Below are positions 29,103 to 39,754 of a stretch of 64,000 nucleotides of DNA, piece after piece. Numbering within the stretch: the stretch's first letter is position 1; every line of letters begins with the position of its first letter. The position numbers and the translations under genes are program-made. The stretch is from an uncultured Gemmatimonadales bacterium (GTDB lineage: Bacteria > Gemmatimonadota > Gemmatimonadetes > Gemmatimonadales > GWC2-71-9): NCBI GenBank assembly GCA_963842945.1, contig CAWJIM010000024.1, positions 32,001-96,000 of the forward strand, written 5' to 3'. Below the pieces are notes generated by a model, which worked only from the letters and a program-made list of their open reading frames with translations, made no database searches and had not been told where the DNA came from.

Positions 29103-30638
29103 CTATGTCCCCGGCCGGGGATCGAACACGCCCTCCATCACCGCCCGGGCCACGCGTTCGAGGTCGGGTCCCGGGGGCCGGTCGGCCGTGAGCGGAGGCA
29201 CCGGCGGGTCCAGGGTCCGCAGTTGTTGGTACAGCTGCGCCACCCCTCTGCCCGGCTTCAAGGGCTTGAGAAACTCCAGACCCTGGCCGGCACAGAGCAG
29301 CTCGGCGGCGACGACCCGCTGCGCATTGACCAGGATTCGCCCCGCCTTGTAAGCAGCCGCCATTCCCATGGGAACGAAGTCTTCCTGATTGGCGTCAGTG
29401 GGAATGGAGCCGATGCTCGCCGGCATGGCCAGCGCTCGCGACTCCGCCACCAGCGAGGCCGCCGCGATCTGAACCATCATGAGCCCGGAGCACAGACCCG
29501 GGTCACTGGTGAGGAACGCGGGGAGGCCCTGGGAGAGATCAGGATTGACCAGCCGCTCGACCCGCCTCTCCGCGATAGCCTGCAGCGTGGTGAGAGTCAG
29601 CGCCAATACGTCCAGCGCCTGAGCAACCGGTTGGCCGTGGAAATTGCCCCCCGAGATCACCTCTCCATTCTCGAAGACCAGCGGGTTATCGGTAGAAGCA
29701 TTGAGCTCCACGATGGCAGTCTGCTCGGCGAAAGCGATAGCGTCGGCCACCGCACCCAGCACTTGAGGAGCGCACCGGAGGCTGTAGGCGTCCTGCACCC
29801 GGGGATCGTTCTCCCGGTGCGATTCCCGGATCTCGCTGTTCTCCAACAGCTCACGCATGAGGGCCGCGGCTCGACTCTGACCTGGATGCGGGCGTGACTG
29901 GTGAATCCGCGGGTCGAGCGGAGCAGGCGTTCCTCGCAGGGCTTCCAGGCTCATTGCCGCGGCAGCAACCGCGGTGCGCCAGAGAACCTTGGCGTCGTGC
30001 ACCATCATCGCCAGCAGCGCGGTTTGCGCCTGAGTTCCATTGATGAAGGCAATGCCCTCTTTGGGGGCGAAGCGGTAGGGCGAAAGCCGGGCGGCCTTCA
30101 AGGCAGCACCGGCGGGCGCTGGCGCCCCCTGCTCGGCGAGCACTTGGCCTTCGCCCATCAGTGCGAGCCCGATGTGACTCAGCGGTGCCAGGTCTCCGCT
30201 GGCTCCGACGCTGCCCTGCTCGGGAACCATCGGAACTACCCCGGCATTGAGCAGGGCTACCAGAGCGTCCAGCAGCTCGGGACGCACGCCGCTGGTCGGC
30301 CGCAGCAGCACGTTCGCGCGGAGCAGCATCACCGCCCGCACCACAGGTACCGGCAGCGGAGTCCCGACCCCGGAGGCGTGACTGCGGATGAGATTGGTCT
30401 GGAGTTGGTCGAGCTGGTCGGCGGGAACCCTGACGTTCGCCAGCTTCCCGAATCCGGTGTTGATCCCGTAGATCGTTTGCCCAGATTGAACCGCCCGCTC
30501 CACCAGCTGCCGGCTTTGGGATAAAGCGCTTCGTGCAGACGGGTCGACCGAGACGCGACTGGCAGGGTTACGGGCTATGTGAACCACGTTCTCGATGGTG
30601 AGCGAGCGGCCGTCAAGAACGCAGTCGATGCGAGCCAT
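29103..30638 (-). CDS. hutH: Histidine ammonia-lyase
   Basis: YGINTGFG, LIRSHA (SH selectivity typical of HAL), GASGDLAPL (MIO) and QDAYSLRC motifs. Confidence 0.93.
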   Translation of the reverse strand: MARIDCVLDGRSLTIENVVHIARNPASRVSVDPSARSALSQSRQLVERAVQSGQTIYGINTGFGKLANVRVPADQLDQLQTNLIRSHASGVGTPLPVPVVRAVMLLRANVLLRPTSGVRPELLDALVALLNAGVVPMVPEQGSVGASGDLAPLSHIGLALMGEGQVLAEQGAPAPAGAALKAARLSPYRFAPKEGIAFINGTQAQTALLAMMVHDAKVLWRTAVAAAAMSLEALRGTPAPLDPRIHQSRPHPGQSRAAALMRELLENSEIRESHRENDPRVQDAYSLRCAPQVLGAVADAIAFAEQTAIVELNASTDNPLVFENGEVISGGNFHGQPVAQALDVLALTLTTLQAIAERRVERLVNPDLSQGLPAFLTSDPGLCSGLMMVQIAAASLVAESRALAMPASIGSIPTDANQEDFVPMGMAAAYKAGRILVNAQRVVAAELLCAGQGLEFLKPLKPGRGVAQLYQQLRTLDPPVPPLTADRPPGPDLERVARAVMEGVFDPRPGT

Positions 30639-30695
30639 CGCCCGAAGTTGACGCCGTCCCGCTTCCGATTCAACCCCCGAGCCCAGCCGACCGCG

Positions 30696-31580
30696 TCAGC
30701 GTGTGGCCCTGTTCCGTACCACGAGGAGCTCGGCGTTCCCTGGATCGGTTTGGAAGGCCCAATCCAGAATCATGAAGTTCCGCCCGACATGGGTCACCCG
30801 GAGTGCACCGTATCGGAGAAACTGATCGCCGGCCTCCATCTCGAAGACGTAACCCATGCCCGGGGCCGCTTCGATTGGGGTGGTGGCATATCTGCCGCAC
30901 GAGCTGGGATCTGGAGCACTAAGACAGGGCGCGTCATCGATGCTGGTCAGGTCGCCCACCGGATCCTCGGAATAGAACTCCACCCCGGTGCCGGCTCGCG
31001 TCGGCGTCATGAACAACCGGCCCGAGGTGTCACGGTCGACGTAGAAGTCGACATCGCTGGAGGCGCCACTCCGCACCCGGCCCAGCTCACCCTCCTCGAC
31101 TACGTTGTCGCCATCGTCGTCCCAGAACCGAAAGCCGCTGCTGTCTGATTTCACCTGGATAGGATAGAGAACCTGATTGCGGCTGTCCGGCCTTGGAGTA
31201 TCGAACACGGTCCTCGAGCGGTCGCTCTCCGCACCGTTCTGGCCGGCGGAGCTGACCGAGAAGCAACGGGATACTCCGTTCACCATCGCCCCCACCAAGA
31301 ACTCCGGCGCCACCGTGGTACCCTCGAGAGTCCAGGTGGTCCCGCACGGTTCGGTCCCCGCCGGGGCGTCAATGTCGTAGGTGGTGCTGTAGATCCGGTA
31401 GCTCTGAAAATTGTCGGGATCGGATTCATATGCATTGTCGGGCCAGGTGAGCGCTACCGCCCCATTCAGCGTAGTGCTGAAGAGATCAGCCGGCACATCC
31501 GGGGGGTTGCTGGGACTGGTTTGGTCGGACGAACAAGCCATGACCAGCAGGAGGATGACCGGCAGATGCCAGCCTTGCAT
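30696..31580 (-). CDS. Uncharacterised lipoprotein
   Basis: Lipobox LVMAC, FN3-like start (VALTW...YRIY) and acidic DDDGDNVVEEGE loop. Confidence 0.7.
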   Translation of the reverse strand: MQGWHLPVILLLVMACSSDQTSPSNPPDVPADLFSTTLNGAVALTWPDNAYESDPDNFQSYRIYSTTYDIDAPAGTEPCGTTWTLEGTTVAPEFLVGAMVNGVSRCFSVSSAGQNGAESDRSRTVFDTPRPDSRNQVLYPIQVKSDSSGFRFWDDDGDNVVEEGELGRVRSGASSDVDFYVDRDTSGRLFMTPTRAGTGVEFYSEDPVGDLTSIDDAPCLSAPDPSSCGRYATTPIEAAPGMGYVFEMEAGDQFLRYGALRVTHVGRNFMILDWAFQTDPGNAELLVVRNRATR

Positions 31581-31708
31581 ACAGGGCTCCGGAGAGGGAT
31601 AGCGAGACCCACGGCAGATCGCGTGCCACTGCCAGAGTTCCGGAGTGGAGCGGAGTTAGCAGGCACCCGGCAGCGCAATGTGGTTCGAGTGTCCTCGCCG
31701 GAGGACAG

Positions 31709-34700
31709 TTATTCGTCGAAGGTGGTCTGGTTGTAGTCGAACTTCAGGTCCGGCAGGTCGGTCAGATAAATGGAGAAGTAAAACGCGAAGTTGCCGTTGG
31801 CGTTCCGCACGAAGTTGAAGCCGGCCCGCCACTCGTGCAGCTGCCGCTCCAACCGGACCACCTGAGATTCGAACTCGGTGTCGGTGATGTTGTACTGCGA
31901 CGACCAGGAGAGGGACCAGAAGGGTGTGGGGGAGAAGCTGGTACTGAAACCCAGGTTTTGCTGACCGGGCGTACTGGGCAGTCCGGGCACCGGCCGGGAG
32001 CGTGACAGGGTGTAGTTGAAGTTGGCCGTGAACTCCCGGCCGCCGCCATGGAAGGGAACCCGCCCGCTGTTGTAGAACGAACGGTTCCGCCGACCGGCAT
32101 CGACCACGTACGAGGAGGGCACGTTTTCCCGCCGACCCGAAGATCCCTTACCCAGGCCGAAAATCGATCCGATTGAGCGGAGGGTATTTCCGGAGATCGC
32201 AAAGCTGGCGCTGACGTTGCTCAGGAAGAGATCGAACTTGGACGTATCCACGCCCACCGGGCCGCGCCAGAGGTCGTGGGTGAAGCTCAGGGTAAACTGC
32301 GGCAGCAAGTCACTGAGCAACGAATTGGTAATCGATGGTGTCGTCCAGCCCGTCCGTCCCGGCTTCTTGGCCTGCTCGAAATCATAGCTGATAGGGCTGG
32401 TGTTGATGCTCAGCACGCGAAACTTGGCGCGCTTCGGCGCCAGAGGTGTCGCCCGGGGCCCGCTTGGCCTTGGCCTCGAAGGTCTGCGAGAGGCCGAGGC
32501 TCATGGTTTGAGTGGCGTCGCTTCGCAGCTGAAGCGGCTGTCCCGGGGTGACGAGAGCCTGGGCATATTCCAGCGGTACGGACGCCCCGGGCGAAAAATT
32601 CCAGCTCAAACTGGGCGACAGGCTGTGTCTGATGCGGCTGGCAAATCCGAAGCCGGGCAGAAAGGCAAACAGCGTCGGCGAAGCGGTAGCCGAGAACCGA
32701 AAGCGCTTTCCCTGGTGAACGAAGTCGCCATTGGTGTTGCGATTTCTGAGCAAGAAAGGACCCGATGTCGTATTCGCGACGCCCACCGCCGGCTGCACCT
32801 TCCAGGAGCCGCGAAACAGCACCGGCAGATTGATGCCGGTATTCCAATCCACTCCGGTGGAGAAGTTGCCGTTGAAGATGCGGGTGACGGTAACCGAGTC
32901 TGTGGGATCCGGGGTAGTAGGATCGTCGATTCGTAATACGACGCTGTCCCGGCCGGTGCTTCGCTGATCGACGGCCTGAAACGAGTTCTGCCAGTTGAAG
33001 TTTCCGAGTTGCACCGGCGTCTGAAAATCCAGCGAGGAGGTTCGCCGTCCCCCCACCTGCGCCACCGTGTCCAGAATGTTCCCCGGCAGAACCGTCAGCA
33101 GCGAGTCCAGCGGAGTCTTGGACTCGGTGTTGTTGGTGAAGCTGAACCCGGGCGACCAGGTGATGTGGGATCCGATGGCGATCGAGGCCGGGGAGATGGT
33201 TACCGCGGGCAGCAGTTGCTGTACGCTGCCATCGGAGAGACTCTGCCGGCGATTGCCACCGATGGTCAGAGTTCCCCATCCATAGCGCTTGGAAAAGTTG
33301 AGCGAGCTGGTGATCTGCTGGGTATTGAGCAGCGGATCCACCGCATTCCGGTTGATGATCGAGGTGTTGGTCGCGTAATTGAGGTCGAGGTTCAGGCTGG
33401 TGGACAAGTCGAAAGTCTGCCGGTGATCCCAGCGCACCGTGGCGGACGACCCACCCTCTGTCTCCAGCTGCCTGCTGAAGGCCACCGCCCCGTCAACGAA
33501 CCGGTTGATCCAGTGGTACTGCCCGGCTATGCCATACTGCAGGTACCGGTTCGAATACCAATCGAGCCGGGCCGTCAGATCGATGTAATCGTTGGGGGCC
33601 CAGTAATACCCGATGTTCGCGATTTGCCGATTGTATCCGGGATTGGTCCGCACCAGGTCATTAAAGCCGAATTGCGGAATGAGAATGCCCGAGTGCCGTC
33701 CGGGGCGCATGTCCTGAAAGAGGAAGGGCAGCCAGAGCACCGGCACGTCCCGAACGTAGAGGACGACCGGTCGAGCGACCAGCACGTTCTGAGAGACCCA
33801 CTTTACCTCCCGGCCGGCAAAGTGATAATGCGCCACCGGAAGGTCGCAGCTGGTAATCTCGCTGGACGCGGCGTAAATCCGACTCGAGCTGGAGTCCTGG
33901 GAGACGTTGCCCCGGAGAAACCAGACGCTGCCGGCCTCGGTGAAGTTCGTCAGGGCATCCGTGATCACGCCACGCCGGGTGCACGTATCGTAACGTATCC
34001 CCTCGCCCACCATGACCTGTCCCCGGTCGAACAGCTTGGGGTCGCCCGTGGCATCCAGCACACAGCTGGAACGCCGGTACGTGATGCTGCCGGCCTCGAG
34101 TGAGGTTCCCCGTCGTTCGGTCAACGCCTGCCCGTTCAGCAGTACCCGCTGATCCTGGACAAACACCGTGGCGGAATCTGCCCGGTACCGGGTGCTTTGG
34201 TAGCCGGGACGAGCCAGCAGCTCGCTGATCACCGAATCCGGAGTTACAAAGCTGCGAGTAGGCGCCGTGGGCAGACCCAGGCGGCGGGCGGCTGCCGAGT
34301 CCAGAGTTTGTCCCGGCCGCGCTCGGGTCGAATCAGCCAGCGTCGTATCGCGACGCGCCGGCGGAGGGCGGCGCTGCTGGGCCGGCACCTGCGCTTCGGC
34401 CCGCGCACCCAGCAGTGCCAGCAGGAGAAACACGCCCGCGGTTCTACCCGCGAGCGACTCCCGTTCCGCCTTGCGCCGACGGCGCTGCAGAATGAGGGAG
34501 CCGGCAAATCCCACCTCATACAGCACCATAAGAGGCAGCGTCATCATCGTCATGGAAAGCACGTCAGTCCCGGGAGACAGCACCGCTCCGGCGAAAAAGG
34601 CGAGCACGACGGCGTAGCGGCGGAACCGGTTCAGCTCCGCCGGTCCAATGACGCCGAGCCACGACAGGATGATGATGACAAGCGGCAGCTCGAAGGACAG

Positions 34701-35204
34701 TCCGAGTGCCAACGTGATCTGCAGGACAAAGCTGAAGTACGCGTCGTAGGTGATGAACGGAGCGATCGCTTCGCTCTGGAAGCTGAACAACACGCGGAGT
34801 GCCTGAGGCACCACGAAGCGGTAGGCCAGGCCGCCACCCGTCAAAAACAGCACCAGCCCCACGAAGAGTGAAGGAACCAGGGCGCGCTTCTCCCGCTGGT
34901 ACAGGGCGGGAGCCAGGAAGGCCCAGGTTTGCCACAGGATGATCGGGGAGGCGAGAACCAGGCCAACCAGCAGCCCCAGCTTGAGCACGATCATCACCGG
35001 CTCAGTGGGGCTGGTGACAACCAGCTTGCCTCCGGTGAGATAGGGCGCGATCGGTTCTTTCAGGACGCTGACCAGCTGAAAGCGCTGGACCAACCACAGC
35101 CCCAACCCGCACCCCACCACCACGGCGGCCAGCGAACGGAGGATTCTGTGTCGCAATTCCTCGAGGTGATCGAGGAACGGCATTTCTCCGGCAGGACCCG
35201 TCAT
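31709..35204 (-). CDS. Fused TatC + LptD-like outer-membrane protein (~1164 aa after correcting one frameshift at 32426-32427)
   Basis: TatC motifs MPFLDHLEELR, WAFLAPALY, FELP and LYE continue in frame through a signal-peptide-like segment into LptD motifs (ITSCDLPVAHYHF, PVLWLPF, RHSGILIP, GYYW). Confidence 0.85.
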
Positions 35205-35221
35205 GGGGGGAGACGCCCGGG

Positions 35222-36004
35222 CTACCGCCCGAGCGCCTTCAGTCGATCACGAGCCAGGGCCGCTTCATCGGACTGAGGATACCGCTGGACCACTCGCTGA
35301 TACGCGTCCCTGGCCTTCTTGGTGTCCTTCCTCCGCTCGGCCAGCAGGCCCAGGTTGTACAGGGCCGAGCTCGCCCGGGAGGAGGTGGGATACTTCTGCA
35401 TCACCTGCTCGTAGTACGCAGCCGCCGAATCCGGGTTCTCCGCCGCGAAGCTTTGCCCAATGAAGTAGAGGGCGTCTCCGGCTCGCTCACTAGTGGGATA
35501 GACCCGAAGCATCTCCCGCAGCCCGAGGCGGGCAGTGGAGGTGCTGCCTCGCCGGAGCTGTGCCAGCGACGCTTCGTACATCTGGTCGGCCGAAGCCGCC
35601 GAGCTGGCCCCAGGCCGGGTAGTATCGCCTGGGGTGACAGTAGCCAGCTGTTCGCCCCTGGCCTCGAGCTGGGTGCGCAGCTCGCTCAGACGCTGCTGGC
35701 TCTGGCCGGTAAGCTCCTGTAATTGCACCAACTGCTGTTGAATGTTGTACAGGTCACTGGCCAGGTCGCCGCGCAGCTGGCCGACCGCTCGACGGCTGGA
35801 GGTGAGTGAATCCATCATGCGCTGCTGTATCCGGATCAACTCGTTCAACTGTGCCGCCCGAACCGAGTCCCGCCGAGCCGTCTCCGCCTTGAACAGGGCC
35901 ACATCGTCTTGCACCTGCTGGACGTCGCCCTTGGACGCGCAACCGGCGAGAAGCCAGATCAGCGAAACGCCCAGCCGGACCGTCAGCCCCACAGAACCCG
36001 TCAC
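35222..36004 (-). CDS. cpoB: Tol-Pal TPR protein CpoB/YbgF
   Basis: Lipobox LAGC, coiled coil, TPRs ending YPQSDEAALA; follows pal. Confidence 0.85.
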   Translation of the reverse strand: MTGSVGLTVRLGVSLIWLLAGCASKGDVQQVQDDVALFKAETARRDSVRAAQLNELIRIQQRMMDSLTSSRRAVGQLRGDLASDLYNIQQQLVQLQELTGQSQQRLSELRTQLEARGEQLATVTPGDTTRPGASSAASADQMYEASLAQLRRGSTSTARLGLREMLRVYPTSERAGDALYFIGQSFAAENPDSAAAYYEQVMQKYPTSSRASSALYNLGLLAERRKDTKKARDAYQRVVQRYPQSDEAALARDRLKALGR

Positions 36005-36576
36005 TGTGGCGCGGTCAGGTTGTTGCCCCCGGCGGTGATCTCGAACTCATCCCGCCGGTTCTGGGCAAAGGCCGTCTCATCGCTCCCCGGATTCAGCGGC
36101 CGCTCTTCACCGTAAGACACGACTTCGAGGCGCGACGCGTCCACCCCCTTGTTCTCCAAGTACCGCTTGGCGGCGGAGGCCCGCCGGTTCCCCAGCGCGA
36201 GGTTGTACTCGTCTGATCCGCGCTCGTCGGCATGACCGGAGATCCGGAGCTTGACCTGCGGATTGGCGGCCAGGATGGCGGCCTTGCGATCCAGGGTTTG
36301 CTGATCGGCGGGACGAACTTGGGCCTGGTCGTAATCGAAGTTGATCATGGCCGCGAGATCGGTCGACACCGTGCGGGCCTTTTCTGCGGCCTCGCGTTCC
36401 ATCCGCTCCTTCTCCAAGCGTTCCCGCTCGGCGCTGTCATCCACCGGCTCGGGAGGCGGAGTCGGCGCTGCCGTGGGCGTGGGCTCGGGCGCGGGTTCCT
36501 CCGGAGCGGCCTTTCCACCGCAGGCAACAGCAAATGCGGCGGCAGTCAAGAGCATCAGCAGGGATGGTGCTCGCAT
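36001..36576 (-). CDS. pal: Peptidoglycan-associated lipoprotein
   Basis: AVAC lipobox, INFDYD, GHADERGSDEYNLALGNRRA and NRRDEF motifs; GGAG RBS. Confidence 0.95.
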   Translation of the reverse strand: MRAPSLLMLLTAAAFAVACGGKAAPEEPAPEPTPTAAPTPPPEPVDDSAERERLEKERMEREAAEKARTVSTDLAAMINFDYDQAQVRPADQQTLDRKAAILAANPQVKLRISGHADERGSDEYNLALGNRRASAAKRYLENKGVDASRLEVVSYGEERPLNPGSDETAFAQNRRDEFEITAGGNNLTAPQ

Positions 36577-36589
36577 CATCACTCCGAAA

Positions 36590-37918
36590 TCATGGGTTGG
36601 GAATGGGAGTGGTCCGCCCGAGTCGGCGGGACCACGCTGGAAGCCGAGCGGCGCCGGGCGTACCCAGTTGCCGCACTCGACCGGTTTCGACGTCCACGAT
36701 CCACATCTGACGACGGCCGCTTCGGTCGGAGATGAAGGCCACGTGGCGCCCATCAGGCGACCAGGTAGGATCTTCGTTCCTGCCCGAAGAAGTGAGTTGC
36801 CGAACCCGCCGTGCCGCGACGTCGACCAGGAAGATTTGGGGGCTACCGGAGACCTCGCGGTGGAATACAACACTGGCCCCGTCCGGGGACCACTCGGGAG
36901 CATTCGAACTACCTGTGGCGCCGTAGTCAAACGGCGCCAGCAGCTCCTGGTCGGTTCCGTCCGCTGCCATTACGTACAACTGAGGCGGCCCTGCCCGCGT
37001 TGAAATGAACGCGATCCTCCGCCCATCTGGCGAAAACGTTGGGCTTAAGTTGTCCGCGAAGCGTCCTACGGTCAAGCGTTGCGCGCAACAGCGCTCCACC
37101 ACATTCGCGGTGTAGATGTCGGTGCCCCGCTCGTCCGAATGGGCAAACGCTAGCGTTCGTCCGTCGGGCGAGAACGTGGGCGTGATATTGAGTGCCGTCT
37201 GTGAGCCCGGAACGGTGAAGCCTGCTCCTCCGCCCAGCGGCTGCACCACGATCCCGCCTTTGCCTTCGCCCATCTGGGTGAAAGCCAGACGCTGGCCATC
37301 GGGCGACCAGGCGGGAGACAGCGAGGTCTGGCCCGCCGGGGTGAGGGGAGCAATGTCCTGCCCGTCGCTGTCGACCCGGTATACCCGGCCCCCGGACACG
37401 AACATCAGGCGACTGGCCGCGGCTCCCGGGCTGCCGCTGGCCCAACGCGCCACTTCGTCGGACAAGCGGTGGACCTCGAGACGAAAGTCGCCCGCGGTCG
37501 TGGCAGGCAGCGTCACGGCTTTCTGGCTTTGCAACTTGGCTTCACCAAGATCGTGCAGCCGGGCGGTCACTCCACTCGATGCCGGTACCAGCTCCACCGC
37601 GAACTGCGCACCGAGCGAGCGATACAGATCGTAGTTCACTCCTGTCGCCGCCTCGGCGGAGCCGCGACCACTGGGGGAGCCCGGGGGCAGATCGGCCACG
37701 GTGATCATCTCGAAGCGGTCGGTGTAATCGAGGTCGCGCCGCACCATGGCGCGCACCGAGTCGAGCCCGGTACCGGGCACGACGACCAGACCGGGGCGCA
37801 TCCCGGGCCGATAATCCACGCCGATCCGGACGCCCTCCTCCACTCGGGTCGTGTCCTGCGCCACCACCGTACCGGCGGTTGCGACCGAGACAACCAGGAA
37901 AAACGGAAATTTGATCAT
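36590..37918 (-). CDS. tolB: TolB
   Basis: Signal peptide and PD40 repeats (PAWSPDG, PTFSPDG, PEWSPDG). Confidence 0.92.
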   Translation of the reverse strand: MIKFPFFLVVSVATAGTVVAQDTTRVEEGVRIGVDYRPGMRPGLVVVPGTGLDSVRAMVRRDLDYTDRFEMITVADLPPGSPSGRGSAEAATGVNYDLYRSLGAQFAVELVPASSGVTARLHDLGEAKLQSQKAVTLPATTAGDFRLEVHRLSDEVARWASGSPGAAASRLMFVSGGRVYRVDSDGQDIAPLTPAGQTSLSPAWSPDGQRLAFTQMGEGKGGIVVQPLGGGAGFTVPGSQTALNITPTFSPDGRTLAFAHSDERGTDIYTANVVERCCAQRLTVGRFADNLSPTFSPDGRRIAFISTRAGPPQLYVMAADGTDQELLAPFDYGATGSSNAPEWSPDGASVVFHREVSGSPQIFLVDVAARRVRQLTSSGRNEDPTWSPDGRHVAFISDRSGRRQMWIVDVETGRVRQLGTPGAARLPAWSRRLGRTTPIPNP

Positions 37919-38613
37919 TGAGTCGGCTTGAAGTAGAAGCTCACCGGGAGCACGTCCGCATCCCAGCCATCAGGCAGCGGGCCAAAGGCCCGGGTATTCC
38001 CCGCGGCCTCGACCGCGCCCTGGGCGTTCAAGTCGAACGCAAAGCTGCCCGAGCGAGTGACGAAATGGATGTCCCGGACGGTTCCATCCCTCAGAATCAA
38101 GAAGCTGATCTCCGCGAAGCTCCGTTGATTGGCCGACGCCCGGTCCCAGCGCTGGTAGATCTGGGTCACGATGTTCCGCAGGTATTCCGGATAGGGGAAC
38201 GCCAGTCCCGGCGTCTTGATTGTCGCCACATCGCTGCCGGTGCTGGGCGTTTCTCCGGGAGCAGGAGTGGCCGGCGACGTGGTTTTGGGTGGCGGCTCCT
38301 TCTTCTCTTCGGTCGGTGGCGGTGGTGGCGTCTTGGGCTTGGGGGGCGCCGGCGCCTTCGTCGGTTTGGGCGGCGTTGGCTTGACCGGGGCCGGCTTTTC
38401 CTCCGGCGGCGGCGTGGGCAGCGCCTCGCGGGCCAGTCGCTTCTGGGTCGGCGCGGGAGCCGCGACCAGATCTACGGCGTAGGTTGGGGGAGATGCCTTA
38501 CTCGGCTTGACGGTGCCGAGAAGAAAACCGACCGCAGCCGCGTGTACCAGAAGGGTCCCGACCATTCCGGCCGCACGACCTGGCGGCTCCCGGTCGGAAC
38601 TCCGAATCTTCAC
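37915..38613 (-). CDS. TolA/TonB-like energy transducer
   Basis: N-terminal TM with His, Pro/Lys-rich spacer, C-terminal SGSFAFD...PLP domain; occupies the tolA position. Confidence 0.85.
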   Translation of the reverse strand: MKIRSSDREPPGRAAGMVGTLLVHAAAVGFLLGTVKPSKASPPTYAVDLVAAPAPTQKRLAREALPTPPPEEKPAPVKPTPPKPTKAPAPPKPKTPPPPPTEEKKEPPPKTTSPATPAPGETPSTGSDVATIKTPGLAFPYPEYLRNIVTQIYQRWDRASANQRSFAEISFLILRDGTVRDIHFVTRSGSFAFDLNAQGAVEAAGNTRAFGPLPDGWDADVLPVSFYFKPTQ

Positions 38614-39041
38614 GACGATTCTTCCTCGGCGGCCACGAGTCCCACGTTCTGCACTCCGGCAGTCCGGATTACGGCCAACACGCGTACCACCTCGCCATAG
38701 GGCACCCGAGTGTCCGCCTGCAGGTACACCCCGCTCGGTTTGCGAGTGGCCACCAGCGAGCGGAAGGTGACCCGAAAATCAGTGTAGGACACTGGGGTTT
38801 GATCAATGAAAATGCGACCGTCCCGATTCACCGTCACCACCATGCCCTCCTTGGGGGAAAGAGGTCGGGCTTCAGCGCGGGGAAGCTCAACATCAACCCC
38901 GCCTTGCATGATTGGTGCCGTAATCATGAAGATAATCAGGAGCACGAGCATAACGTCTACCAATGAGGTGACGTTGACGTCTGCCATCAGCGGGAGCTCG
39001 CCCCGCTGACTGCCTAACCCCCCACCAAGACTCGCAGCCAT
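38610..39041 (-). CDS. tolR: TolR/ExbD
   Basis: NVTSLVDVMLVLLIIFMITAP and AD..VPYGEV motifs. Confidence 0.88.
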   Translation of the reverse strand: MAASLGGGLGSQRGELPLMADVNVTSLVDVMLVLLIIFMITAPIMQGGVDVELPRAEARPLSPKEGMVVTVNRDGRIFIDQTPVSYTDFRVTFRSLVATRKPSGVYLQADTRVPYGEVVRVLAVIRTAGVQNVGLVAAEEESS

Positions 39042-39754
39042 CAGACCAGTCCTTCCCGTGCCATGGTCCCGATCAGCTCGTTGGCAAAACCTTCGAGCTC
39101 GCCGGCAAACAGCCGGACCCGGTTGACATAGAGGTTGTAGGCAATCACCGCCGGGATTGCAGCTATCAGACCGCCGGCCGTGGCCACGAGGGCCTCAGCC
39201 ACGCCGGGTGCCACCGCGGCAAGATTACCTGATCCTTTTGAGGCAATGCCGATAAACGCACTCATGATGCCGAACACGGTTCCGGTCAGGCCGAGCAGCG
39301 GACTGACTGAGCCGATGGTGGCGAGCCAGGGGATGTAATGCCCCAGCAGGTCGCGCTCAGCCGCCACTTCCTTGCCCAACACCATCTTCAAGGCCTCGAG
39401 CTGCGTCATAGTCAGGGTGCTTCGGTCGGCGCCCCGCTCGTCCCGGAGTGCCCCGGGGCGCAGCTCCGAATAGAAAGTCACCGCCTCGCGGAACAGCCGA
39501 TTGTAAGGCGAGGGCGGTAGCTTCATGACCGCGTGATAGGCGTCCTTGAGCCTGGTGGTGCGCTCCATTTCGGTGAAGAAGCGGTCGGCTTGGCGATTCA
39601 GCTTGCGAAACTGCCACCACTTGAGAATGATGATGAACCAGGACACCAGAGAGAACAGCGCGGTAACCAGAAGAACAATCTTCGTCTCCGGGCTCGAGAC
39701 GAGGATCAGCTCGAGCGGGGACTGCGGGACTGCGCCTCCCGATTGCTGGATCAC
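39041..39754 (-). CDS. tolQ: TolQ/ExbB proton channel
   Basis: SPLLGLTGTVFGIM and APGVAEALVATA motifs. Confidence 0.88.
   Translation of the reverse strand: MIQQSGGAVPQSPLELILVSSPETKIVLLVTALFSLVSWFIIILKWWQFRKLNRQADRFFTEMERTTRLKDAYHAVMKLPPSPYNRLFREAVTFYSELRPGALRDERGADRSTLTMTQLEALKMVLGKEVAAERDLLGHYIPWLATIGSVSPLLGLTGTVFGIMSAFIGIASKGSGNLAAVAPGVAEALVATAGGLIAAIPAVIAYNLYVNRVRLFAGELEGFANELIGTMAREGLV

Noticed and set aside
29103..30638. Stand-alone ammonia-lyase as a PAL/TAL of secondary metabolism
   Set aside because: The LIRSHA motif indicates a histidine-specific enzyme, and no biosynthetic cluster is nearby.
34470..34485. RRRRK in the TatC-LptD linker as a twin-arginine signal
   Set aside because: It lacks the S/T-R-R-x-F-L-K consensus. 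Basic residues after the last TatC helix are ordinary, and beta-barrels normally use Sec.
36577..36930. Long N-terminal extensions in the ORF track (pal, and likewise rimI, tsaB, yraN, rel, nadD and the TPR gene at 56446)
   Set aside because: Most overlap upstream genes, and better starts with an RBS, a -10 box or a stop/start overlap lie downstream.
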